From assembly GCA_963757435.1 (NCBI GenBank), contig CAVWSC010000024.1, positions 22,238-86,237 on the forward strand: a DNA stretch of 64,000 nucleotides, written 5' to 3'. A program made the translations under genes and the position numbers. This DNA comes from Lewinellaceae bacterium (GTDB taxonomy: Bacteria > Bacteroidota > Bacteroidia > Chitinophagales > Saprospiraceae). The notes below the pieces were generated by a model. The model saw only the letters and a list, made by a program, of their open reading frames with translations, searched no databases and had not been told where the DNA came from. Below, piece by piece: positions 39,803 to 49,501 of this stretch (its first letter is position 1; each line of letters begins with the position of its first letter).

Positions 39803-40357
39803 ATGAAAAACGTCCTTTTCACCCTGTTTTTCCTCTGCATCTTCACCTTTTCCCTCTCCGCACAGCGCAAAGAAGCACCGGCCTTCGAGGGTCACCAACG
39901 CAATATTTACGGCGAGCTGCTCGGTAGCAGCATCCTGATCGGAGTCAACTACGATATGCGCCTCAAGCCCGGTCGGATGGATGGCATCGGCTTCCGGGCC
40001 GGCGTGGGTGGCTTCGGCCTTAATAACTCGGGCACGGAAAACGACCTGCGATTAGGCGTCGTTACCTTCCCGCTAGAGTTCAACCACATTGCCGGCAAGC
40101 GGCGCGGCGGCTTCATCACCGGCGTGGGTTTGCTGCCCGCTTACGCCAGCATCTCCGGCACGGGAGAACCCAACGGCGATTTTATCCGTGAAGAAGGGTT
40201 TGGCGTTTTAGGTGGGTTTTTCACCATCGGCTACCGCTACCAGCCGCTGCGTAATGGCGTCATGTTTCAGGCCAACTGGAACCCCATGGTGCTACGGGGC
40301 AGCGGATTTCTGCCCGGCTGGATCGGCCTTAGCGTTGGCTACGGCTTCAAAAAATAG
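39803..40357 (+). CDS. outer-membrane beta-barrel protein (porin-like), hypothetical
   Basis: Signal peptide, alternating amphipathic beta strands, C-terminal aromatic residue. Confidence 0.5.
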   Translation: MKNVLFTLFFLCIFTFSLSAQRKEAPAFEGHQRNIYGELLGSSILIGVNYDMRLKPGRMDGIGFRAGVGGFGLNNSGTENDLRLGVVTFPLEFNHIAGKRRGGFITGVGLLPAYASISGTGEPNGDFIREEGFGVLGGFFTIGYRYQPLRNGVMFQANWNPMVLRGSGFLPGWIGLSVGYGFKK

Positions 40358-40380
40358 TGATATTCGGCGGTGAAAATAAG

Positions 40381-40416
40381 AGCACTCATGTCTGTTTCGG
40401 CATGGGTGCTTTTTTA
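40381..40416 (+). terminator. rho-independent terminator
   Basis: AGCACTCATG…CATGGGTGCT stem followed by TTTTTT. Confidence 0.6.
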
Positions 40417-40437
40417 TTGAATCACACGCTCTTCATT

Positions 40438-40546
40438 AGCGGGCGTGCCCCCGGCCAGGGGCCGGGGTCGGCGCCTTGCGGGGTTCGCTGATCGCTCCGT
40501 GCTTCGCACCGGCGGCTACCGCCGCCGCCCTCCAGGTGCCTCACGC
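40438..40546 (+). repeat. REP-like element family A, copy 7
   Basis: AGCGGGCGTGCCCCCGGCC…CCTCCAGGTGCCTCACGC. Confidence 0.7.
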
Positions 40547-40789
40547 AGCGTTGAAGGGCCACGATGAGTTATCTCAATTTGTTTGATTGTCTCATTATTT
40601 AAAATTTATTGTATTTTTGATCCATTGACGGTCGATTGACCATCACCCTCCGCACTGATACGTGGCGGTATATACATTGTGGGCGATACCGGTCAGATCA
40701 GGACCGCTTCGCTTGAATCCCGTTGCTTCGGTCAGAATCGCCGCCCGGCCCGTTCGGATGCCCGACTTTCTGAAGCGTCTTGTTGCTAA

Positions 40790-40939
40790 GAGCGTGTCTG
40801 AAATTTTTAACAACTGAGGATCAATGATTTGCTTCGCGGCTACTTGGTGGTACGTGCATAGCGGGTTACATAAGTCAGTTTTTATGACACCAGGTTCTCA
40901 AATGCTTGGTTCACAGGAAGTAAAGATTTAGGCACGTTC
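40790..40939. mobile_element. MITE copy 2 (150 bp) of the IS5-derived family, more diverged
   Basis: GAGCGTGTCTGAAATTTTTAACAACTGAGGATCAATGATT…AAAGATTTAGGCACGTTC; preceded by TAA, followed by TGA. Confidence 0.75.
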
Positions 40940-41109
40940 TGAACGAGCTATTATATTACGCCAGGCTGCGGACAACTACCGCGCAACGGTGGTAATAGAG
41001 GACCGAACCGACCGACAAACGGTGGAGCATGGCTATCCGCCACCGCGTCAGCCGGGGCCGATAGCCCCTTATTAACCCACAAAATAACTTCATCACTTAT
41101 CTTCGCGCC

Positions 41110-42225
41110 ATGGCAAATCAAACGACCCCACACCAACTCAACTTACGGCTGCTAAGTCCCGATGCCACGGATGGCGATGAACGACCCATCTACGTGGCGG
41201 GCACCTTTAATGGGTGGCAGGCCGGTCAGAGCGAGTATCGTCTGAATACCCTGGAAGACGGTCATTATGGACTGGAAGTGACCCTGCCTCCCGCCCATAC
41301 CAAAGCGGAATATAAGTATACCCGAGGCGGCTGGGAAGCTGTGGAACTGAGCGGTTTTGGCGAGTTTACGCCTAATCGGACCTGGCGGGCCGACCTGAAC
41401 CGCGATTGCACCGACCGGGTGGCGCGCTGGGCCAGCCAGGGGCTGTATTACCGAGAGGAATTGCTGCCCAAAATAGTGGCCGTAGAACATGACTTTCCCA
41501 TCCCAGACCGAATCCGTACCCGGCGGGTGACAGCCCTGCTGCCGCACAATTATTACGATACCGACCGCCGTTATCCCGTGCTGTATTTACAGGATGGGCA
41601 GAACCTGTTCGATGACTATGCACCCTACGGAAGCTGGGGCGTGGACAAGCGGCTGGCCGTTTTGACCGAGCGCGGTCAGGGCGATATTATCATCGTAGCA
41701 ATTGACCATGCTAATGAAGATCGGATGGCCGAATTCACCCCCGGCTTTCAGACCTCCTTGGGGCCGGGTGAGGGGCGCGAGTATGCCCGTTTCCTGGCAC
41801 GAAAGCTAAAACCGCTCGTTGACGAGCAGTTTCGCACCATGCCGGAACCCGAGCATACGGGCATCGGGGGCAGTAGCCTGGGTGGACTGATCAGCATCTA
41901 TGCCGGGTTGCTATATCCCGATGTTTACCAGAAGTTAATGATCTTTAGCCCGTCATTGTGGGTTACACCTAGAATTCCGTTTCAGCTGCTTCGCCTCGAC
42001 CGCGCTTCCAGCGAACGGATCTATCTGTACGGTGGCGCAGCGGAAAGTGCTTCCATGGTGCCTAACTTAAAACGGTTTCAGGAGCAGCTACTGCATCAGA
42101 ACGGCACCGATCGGGTAGAATTTCGTCTGGCCATCGACCCCGACGGTCAGCACAACGAAGCCCGCTGGGGACTGGAATTTCCGCGTGCTATCGAGTGGCT
42201 GTTCTTTCCCGTAATCGGCGCGTAA
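41110..42225 (+). CDS. esterase-family alpha/beta hydrolase with N-terminal CBM48/E-set-like domain
   Basis: N-terminal YVAGTFNGWQ… glycogen-binding-like module; C-terminal GGSSLGG nucleophile elbow (G-x-S-x-G). Confidence 0.7.
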   Translation: MANQTTPHQLNLRLLSPDATDGDERPIYVAGTFNGWQAGQSEYRLNTLEDGHYGLEVTLPPAHTKAEYKYTRGGWEAVELSGFGEFTPNRTWRADLNRDCTDRVARWASQGLYYREELLPKIVAVEHDFPIPDRIRTRRVTALLPHNYYDTDRRYPVLYLQDGQNLFDDYAPYGSWGVDKRLAVLTERGQGDIIIVAIDHANEDRMAEFTPGFQTSLGPGEGREYARFLARKLKPLVDEQFRTMPEPEHTGIGGSSLGGLISIYAGLLYPDVYQKLMIFSPSLWVTPRIPFQLLRLDRASSERIYLYGGAAESASMVPNLKRFQEQLLHQNGTDRVEFRLAIDPDGQHNEARWGLEFPRAIEWLFFPVIGA

Positions 42226-42253
42226 TACTTAAGGATACCTTTTAAATAAAGCA

Positions 42254-43708
42254 ATGAGCGATACCCTGACCAAACTAGTAGCCGAAAACGACCGGCACCT
42301 TCTCATCCCTTACACCAGTGATAGCCAAGTGGCGGATTTTCCGGTGGGGTCATCCTCCGGCCTGACTGCCATTCTGGAAGAACTGGCTGATAAGCCGGGT
42401 CAATCGCTCTATCTCTTCCGTCCGAACGGTCGTCGTATCTATTTTCTTAACCTGGGCGAGCAGCCCGAACCCGGTGCCGTACTGCTGGCTGCCCGCAGAC
42501 TGGTACACCAGCGACGCCCGCAATTAAAGCCCGGCCTGGGTTTGGTTTGGATGCCTAGCCTGAGTGTACAACTGGCCGAAGAATTGGCCGCTGGACTAGT
42601 GGTAGCTAACTACCAGATCGGTCGGTTTAAGGGCGAGGAAGCGACCAGGCAGGTGCGCGTGGAAATGGAACACCTGGAAATGGATTCCGACCCCGCCGAT
42701 TTGCAACACCACATCCGGCGCGGCCGCATGATGGGCGAGACCCAAGCCCGCATTATGCAACTCGTAGATGCGCCCGCCAATAAAAAGCATCCCCGCGTGC
42801 TGGCCGACTGGGCTAAAGAATCGGGTGAGAAGTACGGTTACGAGGTGACCGTAATGGAGAAAGACGAACTGGTGGAAAAGGGTATGCATGCCCTGCTGGC
42901 CGTAAACCGGGGCAGCGAGGAACCACCGGTGATGATCATCATGGAATATCGTGGCACCGGTGCGCGCCAGAACGGCCCCGTGGCCTTGGTAGGTAAGGGC
43001 GTAACCTTCGATACCGGCGGCCTGAGTATCAAAGGGTCGAAGAACCTGCACCTGATGAAGAGCGATATGGGTGGTGCCGCCGCCGTTTTGGGAGCCATGG
43101 AACTGGCCGCCCGCCTGGAATTGCCGGTACACTTGATAGGTATCGTCCCGTCGACTGACAACAGCGTGGATGCCTTAGCCATTAAGCCTAGCGATGTCAT
43201 CGAATCTTATTCCGGTAAAACGATCGAAATCATCGATACCGATGCCGAAGGACGGCTTATCCTGGCAGACGGCCTCTCCTACGCGATCCGCAATTACAAG
43301 CCGCATACCCTCATCGACCTGGCCACTCTGACCGGTAGCGCGGTGCGCACCTTCGGTTATGCCGCCGCCGCCATGATGACGACCAATGAAAAACTGGCTA
43401 ATTCCCTCTACCGCGCCGGCGTGGGGAGTGGCGAAAAATTATGGCGCCTGCCGCTCTGGGACGTTTATAAAAGTGAACTTCACTCCGACGTTGCTGATCT
43501 CGCCAACCTGGGGAGCCTGCCCGTGGCCGGAGCCATCACGGCCGGTAAATTCCTAGAGTCCTTCACCGAAGACCATCCCCGTTTTGCCCACCTCGATATT
43601 GCCGGAACAGCGCTAACGGCCAACGAATTCTCCACTGGCCGTAGTGCCACGGGTTTTGGTCCGCGTCTGCTGATCCGTTTTCTGGAAGAGGAAATGATCA
43701 AGGCCTAA
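42254..43708 (+). CDS. pepA: leucyl aminopeptidase (M17 family)
   Basis: NTDAEGRL signature and M17 catalytic domain. Confidence 0.85.
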   Translation: MSDTLTKLVAENDRHLLIPYTSDSQVADFPVGSSSGLTAILEELADKPGQSLYLFRPNGRRIYFLNLGEQPEPGAVLLAARRLVHQRRPQLKPGLGLVWMPSLSVQLAEELAAGLVVANYQIGRFKGEEATRQVRVEMEHLEMDSDPADLQHHIRRGRMMGETQARIMQLVDAPANKKHPRVLADWAKESGEKYGYEVTVMEKDELVEKGMHALLAVNRGSEEPPVMIIMEYRGTGARQNGPVALVGKGVTFDTGGLSIKGSKNLHLMKSDMGGAAAVLGAMELAARLELPVHLIGIVPSTDNSVDALAIKPSDVIESYSGKTIEIIDTDAEGRLILADGLSYAIRNYKPHTLIDLATLTGSAVRTFGYAAAAMMTTNEKLANSLYRAGVGSGEKLWRLPLWDVYKSELHSDVADLANLGSLPVAGAITAGKFLESFTEDHPRFAHLDIAGTALTANEFSTGRSATGFGPRLLIRFLEEEMIKA

Positions 43709-43754
43709 CGTTTACTTTGCACTTCGGCCGGCCGGAAAACCGCACCTTTGTCGC

Positions 43755-44438
43755 ATGAGGATTCTAGTATTATTTTTCGTGTTTACTCTGGTCGGCACCA
43801 CCGCCTGCGCCCAAGCGGACAGTCTACGCGTACGTGTTCGCAAGCCTGGGGCCGATAGCCTGCGTACCCTCGAAATAGGCGTGCTGGCGGGCCGCTGGTA
43901 TAACGAACTGGACACCTCGCCCGGTATCGAGCAGGCTTCGTTGGAGGGCGATGTTTACGGCATCGCTTTTCGCTATTTCAGTAACCGCTTCGTCGGATTT
44001 CAGGCGGAGATCGCTCGCGAGCAGGGCGGGTGGCAGCAAACCATCGATACCTTTGCCGTGGATTACCGGCGGGAACTGGATTACCTCACCTTCCAGATCC
44101 TCACGCAGGTGGCCCCCACGCGCGGCACTTTCCGTCCCCTGGTCCAGGCCGGCCCTTACGTGAGTATTCCCATCGGGGAGAAAGAATTTTTGCCGCCCGG
44201 CTACGAAGTTCCTCCACCCGAAACGCTGACCTATTTCGGCCGACCGATTGATTTTCGGATCAATTATGGGCTAGTTGTCGGTGGCGGCCTCTACGTCAGC
44301 CTGGGCCGAATCGGCATCCAGGCCGAAGGCCGCTACCTGTTCGGCCTCTCCGACCTTATCCGTCCGGGCGAGTCGCAGGCAGCCACGTCGCGGCGGGTGG
44401 CCTACGGGGGTAGGGTAGTGGTGTGGTATGGTTTTTAG
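43755..44438 (+). CDS. outer-membrane beta-barrel protein, hypothetical
   Basis: Signal peptide, beta-strand periodicity, terminal VVWYGF. Confidence 0.5.
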   Translation: MRILVLFFVFTLVGTTACAQADSLRVRVRKPGADSLRTLEIGVLAGRWYNELDTSPGIEQASLEGDVYGIAFRYFSNRFVGFQAEIAREQGGWQQTIDTFAVDYRRELDYLTFQILTQVAPTRGTFRPLVQAGPYVSIPIGEKEFLPPGYEVPPPETLTYFGRPIDFRINYGLVVGGGLYVSLGRIGIQAEGRYLFGLSDLIRPGESQAATSRRVAYGGRVVVWYGF

Positions 44439-44448
44439 CGCGACAATC

Positions 44449-44560
44449 GCGTGAGGTGCCTGGAAGGTGGAGGCGAGAGCCGACAGCCCGCAGGGCCGAC
44501 CGAATAGGGAGCCTGGAAGGGACCGGCCCCGGCCCGGCAGGGACGGGGGCACGCCCAAAA
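44449..44560 (-). repeat. REP-like element family A, copy 8 (reverse)
   Basis: GCGTGAGGTGCCTGGAAGG…GGGGGCACGCCC. Confidence 0.7.
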
Positions 44561-44575
44561 AAAATAATCCGAAAT

Positions 44576-45436
44576 CTACTGGGTAGGCCGCATCAGGCCT
44601 TCCTGCACGACGGAGGCGACGAGGCGACCTTCCTGATCGAAAAAGTTGCCGCGGGAGAAGCCGCGCGCGCCCGAAGCCGAGGGGCTGTCGATGGCATAGA
44701 GGAGCCATTCGTCGGCGCGAAAGGGGCGATGGAACCACATGGCATGATCGAGACTGGCGAGCTGGATGCCGCGCAGATCGGTAGCCTTGCCGAAGGGGAT
44801 GAGGGCGGTGGTGAGCAGGTTGTAATCGCTGGCGTAGGCGAGAATTTGCTGGTGAAGGCGAGGATTGTCGGACGCGATGCGGCCCTTGGTGCGGAGCCAA
44901 ACGTGACGGTAGGCCTCGCGTGGTTCGGCGGTGAAGGGGTTCTCGAATTCAACGGGACGAAACTCCAGTGGGCGCTCGATATCGAGAAAGCGTTTGATGC
45001 CCGGAGGCAGGACGTCGCCGAACTGTTTAGCGATGCCTTCCCAACTGACCAGTTCCGCAGGGCCGGGAACCTGGGGTGCCGTTACCTGGTGATCGTACCC
45101 GTCCTGGATTTTTTGAAAACTGGCCGTGAGGTAAAAGATCGCCTTGCCATGCTGGATGGCACGCACTGCCCGCGTGGTGAAACTGCCGCCGTCGCGGATG
45201 TGCTCGACGGAGAAAACGATGGGTTGCTCGGTGTCGCCCGGCAGCACGAAATAGCCGTGGAGTGAGTGGAGCAGCCGCTCTTCCGGGACAGTGAGGTAGG
45301 CCGCGCTGACGGCCTGCGCCAGTACCTGCCCTCCGAACACGCGGGGGCTGCCCACCGAGCGGCTGTCGCCGCGGAAGAGGTTGACTTCCAGGCGTTCCAG
45401 GTCGAGGTGCTGAATGAGTTCGGAGACGTTTTTCAC
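44576..45436 (-). CDS. tesB: acyl-CoA thioesterase II
   Basis: Double hot-dog TesB architecture; conserved LHSLHGYF region. Confidence 0.85.
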   Translation of the reverse strand: MKNVSELIQHLDLERLEVNLFRGDSRSVGSPRVFGGQVLAQAVSAAYLTVPEERLLHSLHGYFVLPGDTEQPIVFSVEHIRDGGSFTTRAVRAIQHGKAIFYLTASFQKIQDGYDHQVTAPQVPGPAELVSWEGIAKQFGDVLPPGIKRFLDIERPLEFRPVEFENPFTAEPREAYRHVWLRTKGRIASDNPRLHQQILAYASDYNLLTTALIPFGKATDLRGIQLASLDHAMWFHRPFRADEWLLYAIDSPSASGARGFSRGNFFDQEGRLVASVVQEGLMRPTQ

Positions 45437-45620
45437 GGGATTTCAGATTGATGGAGCGCAAAGGTAGGGAAAGCGGGGAGGATGCACAGTTGGTAACAGG
45501 AGTCACAATGTAGTGCTTCCGAAACTGCGTATCTTGACCGCGCTAACCAGGCACAAAACCAGCACCTTAAAACCATGCCCCCCGCCGCCGGTTATCTCAT
45601 GCACACCCACCCCAACACCC

Positions 45621-46682
45621 ATGCTGTACGCCCCCGGATCGAAAATTAAGCTACGCCGCACCGGCGATACCGGCGTGGTGGTGCGCACCCTGGACGGCGG
45701 GATGGTGGAAGTACGCCTGGACGAACTGGGTGCCGTGATTCCCGTGCCGGCCGAGGCCCTGGATTACCGCGACGGGGCCACCGAGCGCGGCAGCGGTTTT
45801 CAGCAGGCGCGCTACGTGCCGGGCAAGGAGGACAAAACTCCCGCCCCGCCGCCCGCGCCCGTGGTGGATACGCAGTACCTGATCATAAAACCCTGGGGCA
45901 TCCAACTGGCCTTCGACCCGGTGGGCAGCGGCCGCGACCACGCCGATCATTACCGGATGTTCCTGATTAACGACACGGGGCAGGAGGTGCTGTTCGGCCT
46001 GGAATTGCACCTCTCCGGCCGTGCAGTCTGGACCAGGAACGGCCTGCTGGACGGCACCGCTTTTACGGAAGTGGGCCAACTACGCTACGATGAGTTGAAC
46101 GACTCGCCCGAGATCGTGATCGAGGCCCGCGCCCGGATGACCTTCGGCACCGGCCCCCGCATGGAACGCCGCCTGAAGATCAAACCCAAACAGTTTTTCG
46201 GCCGCCTGAAAACCGCGCCCTTGCTGAATCGGCGGGTGCATCATTACGTGTTGTTCGAGAAGATCAAGGATAAAAAGGAAGCCGCCGCCAAGCCCCGCCC
46301 CGCGAAATTGAAGGACCTGACCGATTCCGCCCTGCAGAACAAGCCCCGCCGCTCGGGTAATCGCCGGGTGGAACTTTATTCGCTGGACGCGCTGGCCAAT
46401 TTCCCCGTCGATATCGACCTCCACCTGCCCAGCCTGGTCGGCAAACCCAAAAAAGCCGATCTGGACGACGCCCTCCACACCCAACTCCGCCACTTCGACC
46501 GCTACCTGGCCGATGCCCTGCGCGTGGGCATGGACCGGGTGTTCGTCATTCACGGCATCGGGGCGGGCATCCTGAAGAAGGCCGTGCACGAGCGGCTGCG
46601 CACGCATCCACACGTGAAGTCGTTCAAGAACGAGTACCACCATAAGTACGGGTGGGGCGCGACGGAGGTGGAGTTAGGGTAA
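45621..46682 (+). CDS. Smr-domain protein (DUF2027-like N-terminus + C-terminal Smr/MutS2 nuclease domain)
   Basis: C-terminal …DIDLHL…VFVIHGIGAGILKKAV… Smr motif; start at ATG 45621. Confidence 0.7.
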   Translation: MLYAPGSKIKLRRTGDTGVVVRTLDGGMVEVRLDELGAVIPVPAEALDYRDGATERGSGFQQARYVPGKEDKTPAPPPAPVVDTQYLIIKPWGIQLAFDPVGSGRDHADHYRMFLINDTGQEVLFGLELHLSGRAVWTRNGLLDGTAFTEVGQLRYDELNDSPEIVIEARARMTFGTGPRMERRLKIKPKQFFGRLKTAPLLNRRVHHYVLFEKIKDKKEAAAKPRPAKLKDLTDSALQNKPRRSGNRRVELYSLDALANFPVDIDLHLPSLVGKPKKADLDDALHTQLRHFDRYLADALRVGMDRVFVIHGIGAGILKKAVHERLRTHPHVKSFKNEYHHKYGWGATEVELG

Positions 46683-46684
46683 GG

Positions 46685-48100
46685 TTATTTACCAATGCAG
46701 AACCGCCCGAAGATGGATTCCAGCAGGTCATCGGTACTCACCTCGCCGGTGATCTCGCCGAGGTGATGGAGGGCGCGGCGGATGTCCATGGCCACGAAAT
46801 CGCCGGAGGTGCCTTCGCGCAGGTGCGTGAGGACGTCGTCGAGGGCGGTGGCGGTTTGTAGCAGGGCCTCGTGGTGGCGGGCGTTGCTGACGATGGTGCC
46901 GTCGCTGGTATCCCCCGCGTTCAGTAGGGCGGCGGCGTGGATGCGGTCGCGTAGCAGGCCGAGGTTCATGCGTTCTTCGGCCACCATGGGCACCCACTGC
47001 TCCTCGGTAAATGCTACTGCCGATAGGCCGTCCTCACCGGGCGTGGCGTACTGCTCGTAGCGGGTGTAGGGGTTGAGGTCCATCTTGTTGGCTACCACCA
47101 GCAGGCGGGTTTCCGGGCCGGCCCATTCCGCCAGGTCGGCGTGAACCTGGGCGGGCGAGGTTTCCAGCACGTCGAATACGTAGATCAGCAGACGGCTGGC
47201 CGCCGCCGCCGCCCGGCTGCGCTCTACGCCCAGGGCTTCGATGTCATCTTCCGTACTACGAATACCCGCCGTATCGGTAAGCCGGAAGGCGATGCCGTCG
47301 ATGTTGAGCACCTCCTCGATGGTGTCGCGCGTGGTGCCTGGGATAGCACTTACGATGGCGCGTTCCTCGCGCAGCAGGGCATTCAGCAGCGTGCTCTTGC
47401 CCGCGTTCGGCCGGCCCACGATGGCCGTGCGGATGCCCTCCTTTAGCGCGTTACCGAGGGCGAAGGACTGGGCCATGTCCAGCACCACGCCCCTGATTTG
47501 GTCCACCAGCGTTTTGAGTTCCTCGCGGTTGGCGAACTCCACGTCCTCTTCGCCGAAGTCCAGTTCCAGTTCCACCAGCGCGGCAAAGTCGATCAGCCGC
47601 TGCCGTAGATCCTGTAGCTCGTGCGAGTAGCCTCCCCGCAGCTGGTTGACCGCCAAGTCGTGCGCCGCCCGCGAGGAAGCCCCGATCAGGTCGGCCACGG
47701 CCTCGGCCTGGCTCAGGTCCAGTTTACCGTTCAAAAAGGCCCGCAGGCTATACTCGCCGGGCTGTGCCAGCCGCATTCCCTCCAGCCCCGTCAGTACCCG
47801 GATCAGTTCGCGCACGATGTAGGGGCCGCCGTGGCAACTGATCTCCACCGCCTCGTCGCCGGTGTACGAATTGGGCGCGCGGAAGATGGTCACCAGTACT
47901 TCGTCCAGGATTCTTCTGGCGTCCTCCGGGTAACGGATCGTCCCGAAGTGGACGGTGTGCGAGGCCTGGTCGGCCAGTTTTTTCTTACCGCCCCACAGTT
48001 CGTCTACCGCCGCCAACGCGCGCGGCCCCGCGATGCGAACGACGGCGATGGCGCCGGTTCCGGGGGGCGTGGCGAGGGCAATGATGGTATCGGTTGGCAT
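46685..48100 (-). CDS. mnmE: tRNA modification GTPase MnmE (TrmE)
   Basis: G-domain motifs GRPNAGKSTL, DTAG, NKMD; C-terminal CIGK; start at 48100. Confidence 0.9.
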   Translation of the reverse strand: MPTDTIIALATPPGTGAIAVVRIAGPRALAAVDELWGGKKKLADQASHTVHFGTIRYPEDARRILDEVLVTIFRAPNSYTGDEAVEISCHGGPYIVRELIRVLTGLEGMRLAQPGEYSLRAFLNGKLDLSQAEAVADLIGASSRAAHDLAVNQLRGGYSHELQDLRQRLIDFAALVELELDFGEEDVEFANREELKTLVDQIRGVVLDMAQSFALGNALKEGIRTAIVGRPNAGKSTLLNALLREERAIVSAIPGTTRDTIEEVLNIDGIAFRLTDTAGIRSTEDDIEALGVERSRAAAAASRLLIYVFDVLETSPAQVHADLAEWAGPETRLLVVANKMDLNPYTRYEQYATPGEDGLSAVAFTEEQWVPMVAEERMNLGLLRDRIHAAALLNAGDTSDGTIVSNARHHEALLQTATALDDVLTHLREGTSGDFVAMDIRRALHHLGEITGEVSTDDLLESIFGRFCIGK

Positions 48101-48186
48101 GGGTGGGGGGCGCTTTGCGCGTATTTTGGCAGGCACCTTCGGTGCGGTATTTTTGTATTTTGGATTATGCCTAGGCTTGTGCGGGC

Positions 48187-48447
48187 GTGTGTTTCGTGGG
48201 TCCTCGGCCTCTGGCCGGGGGGGTGACGGGGCGTGGCGTGTGTTTCGTGAGACCTCTCCCCCGGCCCCTCCCCAGGGGGGAGGGGTGACGTTTTTTGGCT
48301 TGTGTTTCGTGAGACCTCTCCCGGCCCCTCCCCAGGGGGGAGGGGTGACGTTTTTTGGCGTGTGTTTCGTACCTCTCCCCCGGCCCCTCCCCAGGGGGGA
48401 GGGGTGACGTTTTTTGGCGTGTGTTTCGTGAGACCTCTCCCCCGGCC
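48187..48447. repeat. tandem array, ~4.5 units of a ~60-bp palindrome-containing repeat
   Basis: GTGTGTTTCGTGAGACCTCTCCCCCGGCCCCTCCCCAGGGGGGAGGGGTGACGTTTTTTGGC repeated head-to-tail (first unit diverged, last truncated). Confidence 0.8.
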
Positions 48448-48555
48448 CGGCTAATCGAAAGGGGCTTATACAACGCTTTACCTCCCCTTTGGGGAGGTCG
48501 GGCCGTTAGGTCCGGGAGGGGAAAGGTGTACGCGTAGGCTGAGTCAAAAGTACAA

Positions 48556-48705
48556 AAATACCAGCGGCAACGCCGCCTACTAAAGTACGGGCGAAGCCCC
48601 CCCGTGTACGCGTATGCTTATACAAAAGTACCAAACTCCGAGGAGCTTACGACGATCACCGCAGGTAATTTCCAGCGGCAACGCCGCCTACTAAAGTACG
48701 CGCAT
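48556..48705 (+). repeat. interspersed element family B (one partial + one full copy)
   Basis: …CCGAGGAGCTTACGACGATCACCGCAGGTAAT.TCCAGCGGCAACGCCGCCTACTAAAGTACG… also present at 63636-63705. Confidence 0.5.
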
Positions 48706-49445
48706 CAGAGCGCAGCTCTGACGCGCATCGCCTCGTACAGCATGATCCCCGCCGCCACGCTCACGTTAAACGAATTCAACTCCCCGGCCTGGGGAATGCG
48801 GAACCGCTCGTCGGCGGCGCGGGCCACGGCGGTGCTGATGCCCTCGCCCTCCGAGCCGAGGACCAGGGCCAGCGGGCCGTCAAGGCGCATTTCGTGGAGG
48901 GGGCGTTCGCCGCTCAGGTCACTGGCCAGCACGCTGATGCCGCTGTTTTGCAGGAAGCCGATGGTCTTTACCAGGCTCTTCTCGCGGCACACGGGGATGC
49001 GGGCCAGGGCACCGGCGGACGCCTTCACGGCGTCGCCGCTCAGGCCCGCGCTTCCCTTATTGGCCACGATAATGGCGTGCGCGCCGCAAACCTCCGCCGA
49101 ACGCGCGATGGCCCCCAGGTTACCCACGTCGGTCACGCCGTCCAGCAGCAGCAGCAGGGGCGTCAGCCCTTGCTCGTAGAGGTGCGGCAGCACGTTATCG
49201 ATGCTCTGGTAGGGGGCGGCGGCCACCGTCGCCACCACGCCCTGGTGGTTACCGCGCACCATGCGGCGCAGCTTATCGGCCACGATCACGGTCATCGGCA
49301 CTTCCAAGTCACGACACAGGTGGCGTAGTTCCTTCTCAAATTCGCCCCGCGTGCCCTGCTGCAGAAACACCTTATCCACCGGCCGACCGGCACGCAGGGC
49401 TTCCAGCACGGGGTGGCGCCCGTAAATCAGATCGTCTTTGCTCAT
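48705..49445 (-). CDS. rlmB: 23S rRNA (guanosine-2'-O)-methyltransferase RlmB (SpoU/TrmH family)
   Basis: SpoU methylase motifs (…LLLLLDGVTDVGNLGAI…, …LVLGSEGEG…). Confidence 0.85.
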   Translation of the reverse strand: MSKDDLIYGRHPVLEALRAGRPVDKVFLQQGTRGEFEKELRHLCRDLEVPMTVIVADKLRRMVRGNHQGVVATVAAAPYQSIDNVLPHLYEQGLTPLLLLLDGVTDVGNLGAIARSAEVCGAHAIIVANKGSAGLSGDAVKASAGALARIPVCREKSLVKTIGFLQNSGISVLASDLSGERPLHEMRLDGPLALVLGSEGEGISTAVARAADERFRIPQAGELNSFNVSVAAGIMLYEAMRVRAAL

Positions 49446-49501
49446 GGCGCAAAGGTAATGAGTTTGTGGGGAGGTTCAGATACACACTAAGTGGTGACAC
49501 A

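Noticed and set aside
44423-45265. 280-aa plus-strand ORF; also 42596-43132, 46080-46643, 60095-60760, 27285-27974, 17568-18068, 25460-26065
   Set aside because: All are antisense to well-supported genes (tesB, pepA, Smr, sprB-like, MoxR, the 17250 ORF, gabD).
48187-48447. Possible CRISPR array (regularly spaced GC-rich palindromic repeats)
   Set aside because: The ~60-bp units are contiguous and near-identical over their whole length, with no unique spacers, and no cas genes are nearby. It is a simple tandem repeat.
48556-48705. Riboswitch or leader for downstream gene
   Set aside because: The same element at 63636 sits upstream of a plus-strand gene, whereas here the flanking genes are both on the minus strand, so orientation relative to genes is inconsistent.
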